Assembly (NCBI RefSeq): GCF_001447785.1 | Contig: NW_015172593.1 | Coordinates: 298,811 to 362,810, forward strand | DNA length: 64,000 bases | Origin: Gekko japonicus | Taxonomy: Eukaryota | Reading direction: 5' to 3' | Shown here: in pieces, positions 13,301-24,400 of the stretch | Position numbering within the stretch: the first letter of the stretch is position 1 | Layout: each line of letters opens with the position of its first letter | Notes under the pieces: generated by a model | What the model saw: only the letters and a program-made list of their open reading frames with translations | Databases searched by the model: none | Told to the model about the DNA's origin: nothing | Position numbers and translations under genes: made by a program

Positions 13301-16300
13301 TTACATTCGCCACAAAAAGTGATTCAGCAAGCATCAAAGGAAGCATGAGAGATGCAGCAGGCAGTTATATTTTCCACACAAAGTGATACAGCAAACATCA
13401 GAGCAAGCAACACGCCTCCTAGGCAAAAACTGTGTGTTTTGACAGATTCTTCTTCAGGCAGATATATTTTTCCTGGAACCAAAGCTCACAATCTTACAGT
13501 GCATAAGTCAACAATTCTATAGAAGGCTTCTCCAGTTCAATTTTTGCCTAGGAGGTATGTTGCTTGCTTTGATAAGAATAAGCTGCTTTGGTTTCCCACC
13601 GGGTGAAAAGGCACAGTATAACTGAAGTATATAAAATAAAATAGGGGCCCACGTTCTTTGCTCTTGGGCGGGAGGTACAGAGCAGGGCCTCCAAGTTATT
13701 TAATTGGCAAATAGGTTCAAACAGGAACATTCAGCCTTTCAGCTGTTATGGATCCTTAGCTGCAATGAATGTCCTGCTAGGATTGTGCTGCAAACTAGAG
13801 AGGAGGTTCCTCAGCCTGGCAACAGAAGCCATGTTCTTTCAGCAGCAGGCTAATCAGCCTGTGCTTCCTTTGTACACATACAGCTGCACCCTTAGCTCAC
13901 ACAAGATTGTGTAGGCAGTAGAAAAAGGGAATGATCATACAGCTGATCTCAGTCCCTGTGTTTGCAAATAGGAGGGGCAACCCACTCTACAACTCCCTGC
14001 ATACCTATGCGACCCAACAGATAATTTTTTTTTGCAATCAAATCATAGATGACTTATGGCAACCCCATAGGATTTTCAAGAAAAGAGACATTCAAAGGTG
14101 GTGTGCCATTGCTTGTCTCTGCATAGCAACCCTGACTTCCTTGGCGGTCTCTTATCCAAATACTAACTAGGGCCAACCCTGCTTAACTTTTGAGATCTGA
14201 TGAGATTGGGCTATCCCGGGCTATCCAGGTCAGCGTGCAATAATATATATTTTTAAAGTAGCACAGCAAAATCCCAGTTCTCACCCTTGCCCATTTGAGG
14301 TGACCTAAAACACATTTGTGGATCACAGTATATTAGTCATGATTAAATGTTGAGATTACTAATTTGGTTCACAGTACAGACCCTCTTTATAACTCTGTGC
14401 TTGCTATGCCCAGGGTGCAACAATACTTACACTAGGGCAGGCATGGCCAAACTGAAGCTCAAATGGCCACCAAATGAGAAGGGACCACTCACTGGAGAAG
14501 TCCCTCATGCTGGGAAAGACTGATGGCAACAGAAGAAGGGGATGGCAAAGGATGAGATGGTTACACAGTGTTATCAATGCAACGAACTTGAAATTAAGCA
14601 AACTCCGGAGGACAGTGGAGGACAGGAGGGCCTGGCGTGATGTTGTCCATGGGGTCGTGAAGACTTGGACTCAACTGTGCGACTGAACAACAACAACAAC
14701 AAAAGAAATGCCTGGAAGCAGAAAATTAGCGTTTGTAGTTAGATAAGAATCCTACGTCCCTATTCAGCCCTAGGGGATCCATTGTTCTGAACTTGTGAAT
14801 TAACTCAAATTCAGCAATTTCACCATTGTAATTTCTCCTTGATTTTTGTTTGTTTGTTTGATGACTGTCAGTTTTAGGTCAGCAATGGGCCTCGAAGACT
14901 AAAATGTTCTCCCACTGCTTTTTGAGTGTTGTGGTTTTTAATGTCAGATTTATGTCTGCTTATTTTTTTGCGTGGGGACTGTCCTTTTTGTCTGATGTAG
15001 AGAGTGGAAATCCATTGCTGGCATTGGATGGCATATATAACATTGCAAAAGGAACAAGTGAATGAACCTGAGATGGCCTGGCTGGTGTTGTTAGGTCCGG
15101 TGAGTGTGTTGTCAGAGTGGCTATGGGGACAGAGCTGGCATCTTGTTTGATGCAGGTACCAAAGCCCGTGTCCCAGGACATTTGGCATGCCAAGCAGACA
15201 CCACACCACTATGCCACAGCCCTTCCACTGAAGTGAAGAGTGTGTTTGCTGAAGCCAGCATTTTGGGGAGGGATGTGCTTGGCTACTCCCGTCTGAGCAA
15301 CTCTGGTTTAGAGCACCCTTTTGGCACCTGAGGCCCAGCCCTCACCGATCTCTCGGTGCACACGCTCCGTCACACTGCGGGCCCCCATGCCCAGCTCTTG
15401 GCCGTAGTATCGCTTGGCAACCTGCCAGATGTGGGTGTCCACGGGGACCGCCTCCGCCTTGTCCAGTGCCATCAGACAGACACAGTCAGCCACCTGCAAA
15501 GGAGGCAAAGAATGTCAGAACAGAATAGCCCTTTGCCACGGTCTATGCTTTTAGGGTCTACATTTTGATGCTGTGGCTGGTTTTGGGGGTTTTTTTACTG
15601 GCTTTTAATTAACAGCTTTTAATGTTTTCTTTTTATGATGTTCTAAGATGCCTCGGGCAGGTTCCCCAAAGAGGCGGCATAACATTTTCCTAAACAAATA
15701 AATACATTCCCCATGGGCACACGGCTCCAATCAGGCCACTGTCTACAACCCCTGCTCTCAACTCACCACCACTGTTGTTATTCTTGCCCCACTGCTACAA
15801 ATATCAACCACCATCTCTGACCTCCCTCCTTAGCCCTTGTATGAAGTGGTCTGGAAGGGAGGCAAACCACTGGCTAGGCTAGCCTTGCCCCGCCCTTTTT
15901 ACGCTGGCCGGAAATAGTTCTCCAAGGTCTCGAGCTGGGAAGCCTCCCCTGACAACTGTTACACAAGATCCTTCATATTTACGCATTTATCTACATTATT
16001 TGGAGTCCGACTTTCTCACAGGGACTCCAGGCAGGTACCTCATTGTGAGTTAGTGCAATCAACAAAATGGGACCAATGCATTTCGATATATGGAGTCCGG
16101 AGCCACCAGGAAGAAGAAGAAGAAGAAGAGATTGGATTTATACCCCGCCCTTCGCTACCCACAGGAGTCTCAGAGTGGCTTATGAACTCCTTTCCCTTCC
16201 CCTCCCCACAACAGACACCCTGTGAGGTAGGCGGGGCTGAGAGAGCTCTTGACAGAAACTGCTCTTTTTCAAGAACAGCTGTCCCAGAACTATGGCTTGC

Positions 16301-19300
16301 TCAAGGTCATCCAGCAGGTGCAAGTGGAGGAGTGGGGAATTGAACCTGGTTCTCCCAGATTAGAGTCCGCACACTTAACCACTACACCAAACTGAAGCAT
16401 AGCATAAGCAATGCTCCCTCTAAGCTGTGGAGTGCTACTGCATAAATTAGTTTGCTCTGGAGCCATCCCTTCCTGAGCTAAGGCAAAAAATGTGTGAGCT
16501 GGAAGCTAAAAAACTGTGAGCTAGCTCACACTAAACTCAGCTTAGAGGGAACACTGAGCACAAGTATTACCTGCACAGAAAAGCCCTCCTGGATAGTTCA
16601 GTTTTGCATCATTTGCCGAAGGCCAGTGGAGAGCAGGGGGGTTTCCTGACCTCTTTAGACAGGCCTTTCCACAAGGTGGGAGCCACAACAGAGAACGCGC
16701 GGGTACAGGCAGTTGCTGGTTTTGCCCACTTGCAGGTTGCCCCTGCTGGCTCAAGCAAAGTTGTTGCGGCGGAGCATTGGGAAAGAGACAGTCCCACACA
16801 TAAGAGGGGCCAAGGCCATGAAGGGCTTTGTATGTGACAGCCGATACATTAAGCTGAGCCTGGTGACAGACGGGCAGCCAATGGAGCGTCTGCAGAATGG
16901 GAGTAATGGGCATGCTTTGTCTAGCTCCGGTTAATAGCCGAGCTGTGGCGTTCTAGACCAGCTGGAGTTTCTGAGTCAATTTTGAGGGGAGACCAATGTA
17001 CAGTGCATTGTAGTACTCTGGCCTTGATGTCCCCATGGCATGGATCCGGGTGGCCAGATCAGCTGTATCAAGGTAAGGGGCCATCTTGTGGGCTAGGCTG
17101 AGTTAGTACAAAGCCTTTTTTGCAGCTGCATTAACCTGTTTCTCCCGTAATAAGGCTGGATCCAGTATGACCCCAAGGCTTTTAACAGAGTCAGCAAGGG
17201 TCAGTTGAACTCCATCAAACGTGGGGAGAATACTGTCCTTCAAGACCTCCTCTTTTCCAACCTGCAGTACCTCTGTCTTTTCAGGGTTTAGTTCCAATCT
17301 GTTCACTTTTAGCCAGTTAACCACTGTGGCCAAGCAGCTATTTAGGACCTCTACCCCATCACCAGGAGATTTGGACAAGAATAAGGCTATATACAGCTGA
17401 GTGTCATCTACACAGTTGTAACTGGAATTACCAGCAATTGAATTTCAGACGTTCTGAAACGTAGGTTGCCAGAGGTTACGTTTATCTCCCCCTGGCGTGT
17501 TTCCCATTTCAATTCCCACTGAGCTGCACAGAACGTCTTGTTACAAGCCCTCCCCGCTTTAGTTATTGTGGCAGCGGGAACACTCACCTAGGCAGAGAGT
17601 TCCACCAGGTTGGAGCCAAAGACACAATGCTCCAGACCCAAGTAACAGCCACCAAGGGTCAGTTTCTTTTCAGTCACTCCAGTTGGGTATCAATGCAAGA
17701 ATCAAGGGGCCAGCAGCTGGCCTGCACACATGACAATCATTTGGTTTTTTAATCGTTTGCTTGTGCGGAGGCAATAAGCACAATTCCATCATGTCACCTT
17801 TTGAAATAAGTCAGACTGCAGGGGTAGAGATAATGCTACCACAGTTCAGTGTATCAAAATCAACAGTGAAAGAGAATCATATAAAATCATAAAGTTGGAA
17901 GGGACCTCCAGGGTCATCTAGTCCACCCCCTGTACAATGCAGAAAATTCACAACTATTTCCCCCCCACACACTCCCAGTGACCCCTGCTCCATGCCCAAA
18001 AGGTGGCAAAAAAAAGGTACTCCCCCAAAACACCCAAAAAAACCCCCTCCATCATCCCTGGTTAAACTGACCTGGAGAAAACTGTTTCCTGACCCCGAAG
18101 TGGAGTCACAGAAAGTGGAGACACAGAAAGATATACAGGAACGGTACAGGGGGAGCAATTTTGATAACATGAATATTATCATGGAGATCAGGAGAGTCAG
18201 GCTGGTTACATGCCAGGATGTAGAGTTTCATGTCTACCACACACCAAGACAAAGTGATGGAAGGAGGAAGAGACCAGGTAAAGAACCAAGAAGAGATAAG
18301 AGAACAGAACTACAAGGTGAGCTGCAGCAGGAGCATGAAGAGCTGCAGATGAAAAGGAGGCATTCAGTGTACATGTGACATTCTGTGTACTCCTCTTTGA
18401 ATCATGCTCTATATAAAGTGCTATGAGCTGGAGAAATAAGCAGAAACAGAAGCTATCAAAGGATATTTGTGATGGGGCAACTGGGAATGAACAGAGCAAA
18501 AAGAGGGAACACAAAGTGAAAAAAGCTATGGAAGGCCTGAAGAGATGCCATGGTCACATGGGAATCCAAAGGGAAACCTTATTTTGCTAACAGTTTATAA
18601 TATTTTCAGAATGAGATCTCAAAGCAGGGAACAATACTAAACACGAATATACAGATTAAAATCCAGAAGATGAAACCTAAATCCAAGACAGTGTGAAATG
18701 ATGACCACAATCAGAATACCACCACCATCTCTCCACCGCCAGACGTCATTTCATTCTGGAACCAGCTATAGTTAGGAGATCTGGCACATTTGGCTCCCAT
18801 AGCAACAACCATGCCTTTTCATTCATTCTCCCATGACTTCCCTTTTCTATTCTGCTACTTCCTTGTGCTTTTCTACTTCCCACTGTGCTGCTTCAGCTCG
18901 CTTCAGAAATGAAACACAAGTACATTTTTATAAGAGCCAGTTGCATCTATCAACCATTAGTTATAAGCTCAGTATGTTAATCCTCTGTGTGCACCAAACA
19001 TTATTTCCAAAGACAGTTCATCTACTTGAGAAGGAGCTAAAAGCTGCCAGCGAGACATGCCCTTCTCCCCATAAAACTCATACAGTCTTATACTCCTCCA
19101 ACCCTTCACCTCTTTGTACCTGACTTCCACCTCGGGCTTGTTGTGCCGCTCCACCACCTGGGATGAGAAGTTCTCCAGGCACAGGGCAGCCTGCAAGGTA
19201 GCACGAACTGCATTGAGATAGGGGCGCAAGGTGGCAGTCTGTAAGGAAGGAGGCAAAACCATGAGGCACCAAAGAAACTAGAGAGTCCTAAAAGAGGCCT

Positions 19301-19961
19301 TTTCCCACTTGAGACAACACATCAATAACGACACCTTTTGCACAGTATGAATCTGTCAGGCCAATGGCTCAATTCTCCCCAAACTACGCACACTCTGTAT
19401 TCCCAGCAAGCCTTAAGATCATGGCCTGAGCTGTCTTCTCTGCTATTGCTTTCAAACATCCAGCAAGATAAATGAGCTGCTAAGAAGGCTAGCACACTGC
19501 TTTGCGTCACTGAGGTTGAGCCTAACAAACTCTACAACACAGCTTTTGTTTCTGAATTTTGCTTCGGACCAACGCAGTTACCAGAAACCACCACCCTTTA
19601 GGAAGTTCAATGCAATAACTAGAGGGTCAGATTAGGCGTTCAAAACCCCACTCAGTCACAAAGCTCGCTGGGTAGCCTTCGACTAGTCACGCTACAGCAT
19701 CCAGGCCTTCCCGGCAAGACTATTGCAAGGAAAGCTATTAACAGAGAAAACAATGTATGCACCCTGAGCTGCCTGGAGGAAAGACAAGATGAGCGTGGGA
19801 GAGACCAGCGAACAAGTCATCCCACCACCCACTGGACAAACCACCCATTACCTCGACACATCTCTCTCTCCGTCCCCATCACTTTCCCTCCCGCTAATGG
19901 CAGCTCTGACATATCCCCACCCTTCCTCCTGTCCAGCCGCCCACCCCCTCAGACTCACCAT
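7309..19961 (-). CDS. ARPC4: Actin-related protein 2/3 complex subunit 4 (p20-Arc), complete; coding exons 19959-19961, 19120-19238, 10624-10735, 10436-10531, 8721-8891, 7309-7314
   Basis: Exons of 3+119+112+96+171+6 = 507 nt with GT-AG boundaries join to [51 protein letters not shown]...[12 protein letters not shown] (168 aa), near-identical to vertebrate ARPC4. Confidence 0.98.
7645..7851 (+). mobile_element. hAT-type MITE, same family, in ARPC4 intron 5
   Basis: TIRs; left TSD actccaac, right TSD missing. Confidence 0.88.
8721..8891 (-). CDS. ARPC4: ARPC4 exon 5
   Basis: [57 protein letters not shown]; tttcag / gtaagc. Confidence 0.97.
9553..9803 (-). mobile_element. Squam3-like tRNA-derived SINE
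   Basis: Reverse of ccagtttggtgtagtggttaag...gggcggggtataaatcc. Confidence 0.8.
10207..10412 (+). mobile_element. hAT-type MITE, same family
   Basis: TIRs; TSD ctggtcag; lies about 23 nt from the ARPC4 exon 4 donor. Confidence 0.88.
10436..10531 (-). CDS. ARPC4: ARPC4 exon 4
   Basis: [32 protein letters not shown]; ctgcag / gtgagt. Confidence 0.97.
10624..10735 (-). CDS. ARPC4: ARPC4 exon 3
   Basis: [37 protein letters not shown]; tgcag / gtaagc. Confidence 0.97.
11533..11880 (+). mobile_element. Sauria SINE, full length
   Basis: tRNA-like head, cctgccaacctagcagttcgaaagc core, (ACCTTT)n tail; TSD atgggatattta. Confidence 0.9.
12343..12632 (+). mobile_element. L2-clade LINE RT fragment (CR1 pieces flank it at about 12245-12330 and 12665-12742)
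   Basis: [15 protein letters not shown]...[33 protein letters not shown]. Confidence 0.8.
14440..14703 (+). mobile_element. BovB/RTE LINE 3' fragment
   Basis: [30 protein letters not shown]; ends in (CAA)n tail. Confidence 0.88.
14725..15215 (-). mobile_element. Penelope-like retroelement fragment (GIY-YIG endonuclease C-terminus)
   Basis: [64 protein letters not shown] and downstream [21 protein letters not shown], typical of vertebrate PLE endonuclease; degenerate. Confidence 0.85.
15346..15493 (-). pseudogene. OGG1: Isolated OGG1 (8-oxoguanine DNA glycosylase) exon-5 copy inside ARPC4 intron 2
   Basis: [50 protein letters not shown] matches human OGG1 [30 protein letters not shown]; intact acceptor tttgcag and donor gtgagg; no other OGG1 exon found in the window. 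Confidence 0.88.
16110..16394 (-). mobile_element. Squam3-like SINE with (TTC)n tail
   Basis: Same consensus, reverse strand, (GAA)n at left end. Confidence 0.82.
16409..16556 (+). mobile_element. hAT-type MITE, same family, internally deleted
   Basis: TIRs; TSD agca(t/c)aag. Confidence 0.85.
16560..17410 (-). mobile_element. L2-clade LINE fragment
   Basis: [27 protein letters not shown] and [24 protein letters not shown]. Confidence 0.85.
17875..18100 (-). mobile_element. CR1 LINE 3' end
   Basis: Reverse of ggactagatgaccctggaggtcccttcc...attctatga terminus. Confidence 0.75.
19120..19238 (-). CDS. ARPC4: ARPC4 exon 2
   Basis: [39 protein letters not shown]; ttacag acceptor, gtacaa donor. 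Confidence 0.97.
19959..19961 (-). CDS. ARPC4: ARPC4 exon 1 coding part (ATG only)
   Basis: ATG immediately followed by donor GTGAGT, inside the CpG island. Confidence 0.92.
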
Positions 19962-20700
19962 CGTAGCAAGGGAGGCGGCGGCACCTTTGGTCCAAGTCCC
20001 GGGAACGGAAGCGGAAATAACCCCTCCACCCAAAACTGCCCATCGCTTCCGGACTATCTGGACCGTCCCAAAGGGTGACGCGAGGGGGGAGTCGCTTTAG
20101 ATCTCCCCCCATTTCGATTTCTGCTTTTCCATCGAGTTAACTGAAGAGTGAGAAAGATACCGACGGCCCCTACGCGCTATTTCCCGCGCGCCGCCACCCC
20201 CCCCATTTCACTGCCTTACTCTCCATACTTCCCCCTCCTCTTGTCTCGCAGTTGGTACAACCCAGCCTTCCTTACTCCATATTTGGAAACAAGAATGGGA
20301 TGGGCGTTCCCGAAAAGAATCCTGCCAATGAAGGGGAGAGGAACTCCACCCGCAGAAAAGTTGGCTCTCAGCCAATAGGGCTTGCCCAAAAGGAAGGTGT
20401 CTAGCCAATAGAAAGGCAGAGTAATTGGAATAGGGCGGGGCCGGAAGTGGAGCTGGGGGAACGCAGGAGGAAGCCCTGCACGGCGGCGCTGAGATCTGCG
20501 GTCTCCGCCCCTCCCCCGTGGTCGGCAGCCTGCGCTGTCTCCTGGGGATACACGGCTCGGCCACCCCCTCAAGCAACGTGGGAGGTGGGTGTGACCTGGA
20601 AGGGAACGAGGAACTAATTCCTTAGAACCGGAAGCGACCCCTGTACGCTTTTTCCTCCTTGCGCCAGTGACCCTTCCTGGCCGCCCCATTCATCCGCGTT
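19962..20700. promoter_or_regulatory. Bidirectional CpG-island promoter of ARPC4 (-) and TADA3 (+)
   Basis: CpG-rich; CCAAT at 20325, 20372, 20405, ATTGG at 20424, GC box 20433-20440, ETS CCGGAAGT 20441-20448, E2F-like TTTCCCGCG near 20180; head-to-head gene arrangement as in human. Confidence 0.85.
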
Positions 20701-21269
20701 TGTGCATCGTGCAGAGTCCTTTCCTAACAGTGCCTGCGCTTCTAGTCCCTTTCCCCATGCATGCCTGCCCCTTCGCCCATCCTGCTTTCATTACGTCCTC
20801 AGTACTAGTTTCATATCTGCCTAACCCATTGCAGACACTCCTCTCTCCTATATGCTCACCTTGCTTTGCTCCCTTCTGATCTGCCATCTTTCCTAACCTC
20901 TCTCCTGCAGCCTGGCTTGCCTCACCAGTCTCTTCTGTCCTTCCCCTAAAATTCAGCAAATCAGATGATCTGCATACTTTTTAATCCAGTTCCTTCACTC
21001 TTTTAATTTTTTTTGCACTTCTCCCAATAACACCTAACATTCATCCTGTGCCTCTGCCTTTCCAATATTTCTGTCTGAACAACTGCCTGCCTTGACCTTT
21101 CCATAGGGTTAGAGATGGCAAGGCCTGTTTGCATACAAGTCCCTTTCAACGGCTGAAGAGATCTGCCCCAGTCCTGTCCTGGGCAGGTATTGTCTTTGTA
21201 GGTGTTGCACCTGCGTATGTTTTGCCCACCTTAATATCTTCCTTTCTTTTCCACAGGCCCAGCAGCACC

Positions 21270-21476
21270 ATGTCTGAGCTGAAGGACTGCCCCCTTCAGT
21301 TCCATGACTTTAAGTCTGTGGACCATCTGAAGGTATGCCCACGTTACACAGCCGTGCTGGCCCGTTCAGAGGATGATGGCATCGGCATTGAAGAACTTGA
21401 TACGCTGCAGCTGGAGCTGGAAACACTGCTGTCTTCTGCTAGTCGCCGACTCCGGGTGTTGGAGGCTGAAACTCAG
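21270..21476 (+). CDS. TADA3: TADA3 first coding exon
   Basis: MSELKDCPLQF...LEAETQ; Kozak caccATG; donor gtcaga. Confidence 0.97.
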
Positions 21477-24400
21477 GTCAGAGGATAATCCCATGGAATG
21501 GAGATGCTTTCAGTTATGGCCCAAAATACAGGTGTTGGTCTCTGCAAAAGTCAAGCACCTTTTTTTCCTCCAGATCACATCTCCGCATGGTTGGTATGAA
21601 GGCTTTTAAGGCAGATTCCACAGCCTGTGTGGTCCTCTGGTCAGTTTTGTGGTCAGCTGGGTACCATATGAGGCTGAAGAGTTACTTCATAGACTAGATG
21701 CAATGTATGGGAGACTCTGGCCTGTGAAGTTATGCTCTTGTATTGCCTCTGGAGCACATTGCTTCTTAGGCAGCCGAAGTACAGCAATACTGCAACCTCT
21801 TACTCCATTCCTGCCGATTTGCTTTTGGTTCATTATATTACCATGGACAGAGCCACACTTTGCATGCAAACGAAGCCTGCAGAGAAGGCATCAGAGTGAC
21901 TACTGAGATGCTGATGGTTTGATTTAGCCTGCTCCTTGGTGAGCTGATGATGTGATGCTACCATCCTAAACATACCTAACCCTGAATATTCTCTTGGAAT
22001 CAGTATTTTAACATCTGAGTAAATGGGTTTCAGACTGAAGTGTTTCAGTCAGTGTGCTGTTGCAAGTAGCGGCCCACCCTCCTAACCAGTATGAGAAAGC
22101 TGGGTGATGAAGGTGAATCATATGAGACCGTGCGTTTATCCCAAATGAGCAAAAATGGCATCATCCCTGCTGCCCATGAACCCCGTTCCGGCCCTCTGAG
22201 GCATCATCCCGAATCTCCATCTGGCAACATGCCACTCTCCCAAGTCCACCTTGGAGGGGTTTCCTCTCACTTCTCTTTAGGTACATTGAAGCCAGCCAGT
22301 CGGCTTTGGAAATTCTCGACAAAAGGGCCAGCAACACCCCTATTTTCCCTTTCGGGTCGCTGTTTTAAGTCTCTGCCCTAGTACCCGAGTCTTCTGCTAC
22401 TCAACTGGTTACTGTGGGGACAGCTTTACTGCTTTTGTGCACTCCCTGGGGAAATAACCAGCACCCCCACTTGCCTCCCTTTCCTGGCACCTGTTTTAGA
22501 TAGTCCGTTTGAATCGTGGAGATCTATGTGGTGTGGATATCAACTACCAGCATTTAAAGTTGATAAGGATTTGTTGAAAAAAGGGAAGTTGACATACATA
22601 CTCTGTAGAGCAACAGGGCATACTCTTGTCTCTCCGCCTACATATGCCCTAGCTAGTTTTGTTCTGTTTAAACTTAAAAGGTGTGGCATCCTAAAGCTTC
22701 CTACTACCTTGGAGTCTTCGTCTAGGCTGCCTGCCCTTTGTCTTTTCCACATGGCAATGGTGGCTATCAAGATGGAGCCTAGATGTGAGAGCTTCTTCCT
22801 CCAGATGAAATCAGCCATAAAGGACTCCATTCCCTCTGTGCCAAGGAAATTTATATCCTGTGTCTGCGCACGCACACACACCAAAGATAGGTCAAATCTT
22901 CCCTTCCTGAGGTCTCCAGGAAGATACAATGTAGACGTCTACATCCCATGTCTTTGTCATTATTAAGTGTCAGATTCTAGCTAAGGTGTGAGCTGTCCAG
23001 TTTCATTGTTTTCTGCTGGGAGAGCCGTTTGTGTTTATAAAGCTTTGATGGTTGTGTACTTGACAACAGTTGACAGAGTGAGCGACACTTGGGAGCAATC
23101 AACTTCCACTTCTTACCTGTCTTTGCCAAAAACAAACTAACCCCTTTTAAAGTCAAGTGTGGGATATTGCAAGCCCCAAATCAGGAGACATTGGGATGTA
23201 ACCCCTAAGAAAAGAACATTTCTCCACAAAAGGCTTATCTCCTTCACCACCCTATCCCCCATACTCTTCCCCATTAAAAAAAAAATCCCATGGTGGTTTC
23301 CATGTTATCTGCAGAAGTGAGGCAGGATTCACAAAAGTTCACGTTGAAATAAATGTGGTTAGTCTTTAGGGTGGTCTTGGAGCTCTGTTTTATTTTGGAT
23401 GGCATCCTAGCCCCTATACCAGGATCAGAACTACTCAGGAATCCATGCAAGGCTGTACTCTGCAAACGGAACTCAAACCACAAGACTCAGAGTCTTACTT
23501 CACTGGGTGACATTGGGCTAGTCTTTTTCTCTCTTGGCCTAGCTTACCTGACAGGGTGGTGTTTATGAGCGTAAAATGAAGAGAAAGTTGATGGTGTAAG
23601 CCAGTGTTGCTTCTAAGCTGAGTTAGTGTGAGCTAGCTCACAGTTTTTTTAGTCTCCGGCTCACACAGGAAGGAGGGCTCCAGAGCAAACTAATGTATGC
23701 AGTAGCCAAATCGCTTGCTCACCACTTTAATGCCAGTAGCTCACAGAGCAGAATTTTTGCTCACAGGACTCCACAGCTTAGAGGGAGCCCTGGTGTAAGC
23801 TGCTATGAGCCCCTATTGCAAGGCATAAATAAATAAATTTGGACCAAGCATAGGGGCATGTAATGTTTTATAATGGATATCTTACCTAGCTGCTGGACAA
23901 GTAGGGATATTGCTTCAGATTTACGATTCCCAAAGGCTGAAGTTGGTTTTCCTTGAGGAGGACTCATTCGGACACCACCCTGTTACCTGTGTTGTGTGTG
24001 TGTACATGCACATTTTTTGGCCATAAAGCATAATCCTGCATTTCTGTTTTCTCCACAGCCTCTGCCCTCATCTCTCATTCAACGTTACACGAGCTGATAG
24101 CACCATTGCACAACATCAAGATGTATCATTTTGGTGTAGTGTAGAATATTGGACTAGGATCCAGGTTCAGATTTTACTCTTAATGCTCCCTCTAAGCTGT
24201 GGAGTCTTGTGAGCAAAAATTCCACTTTGTGAGCTACCGGCATTCAAGTTGTGAGCGAGTGATTTGGCTGCTGCATCAATTAGTTTGCTCTGGAGCCCTC
24301 CTTCTTGAGCTAAGAGAAAAATGTCTTAGCCGGAGGCTAAAAAGACTGTGAGCTAGCTCACACTAACTCAGCTTAGAGGGAGCACTGCTTACTCTTGACA

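Noticed and set aside
17588-17721. Exon-like block on - strand with AG and GTGAGT sites in ARPC4 intron 2
   Set aside because: Does not encode OGG1 exon 4 or any ARPC4 sequence; contains an L2 remnant.
17992-18378. 128-aa purine-rich ORF
   Set aside because: Starts inside a CR1 tail, has no recognisable domain or splice structure; unassigned.
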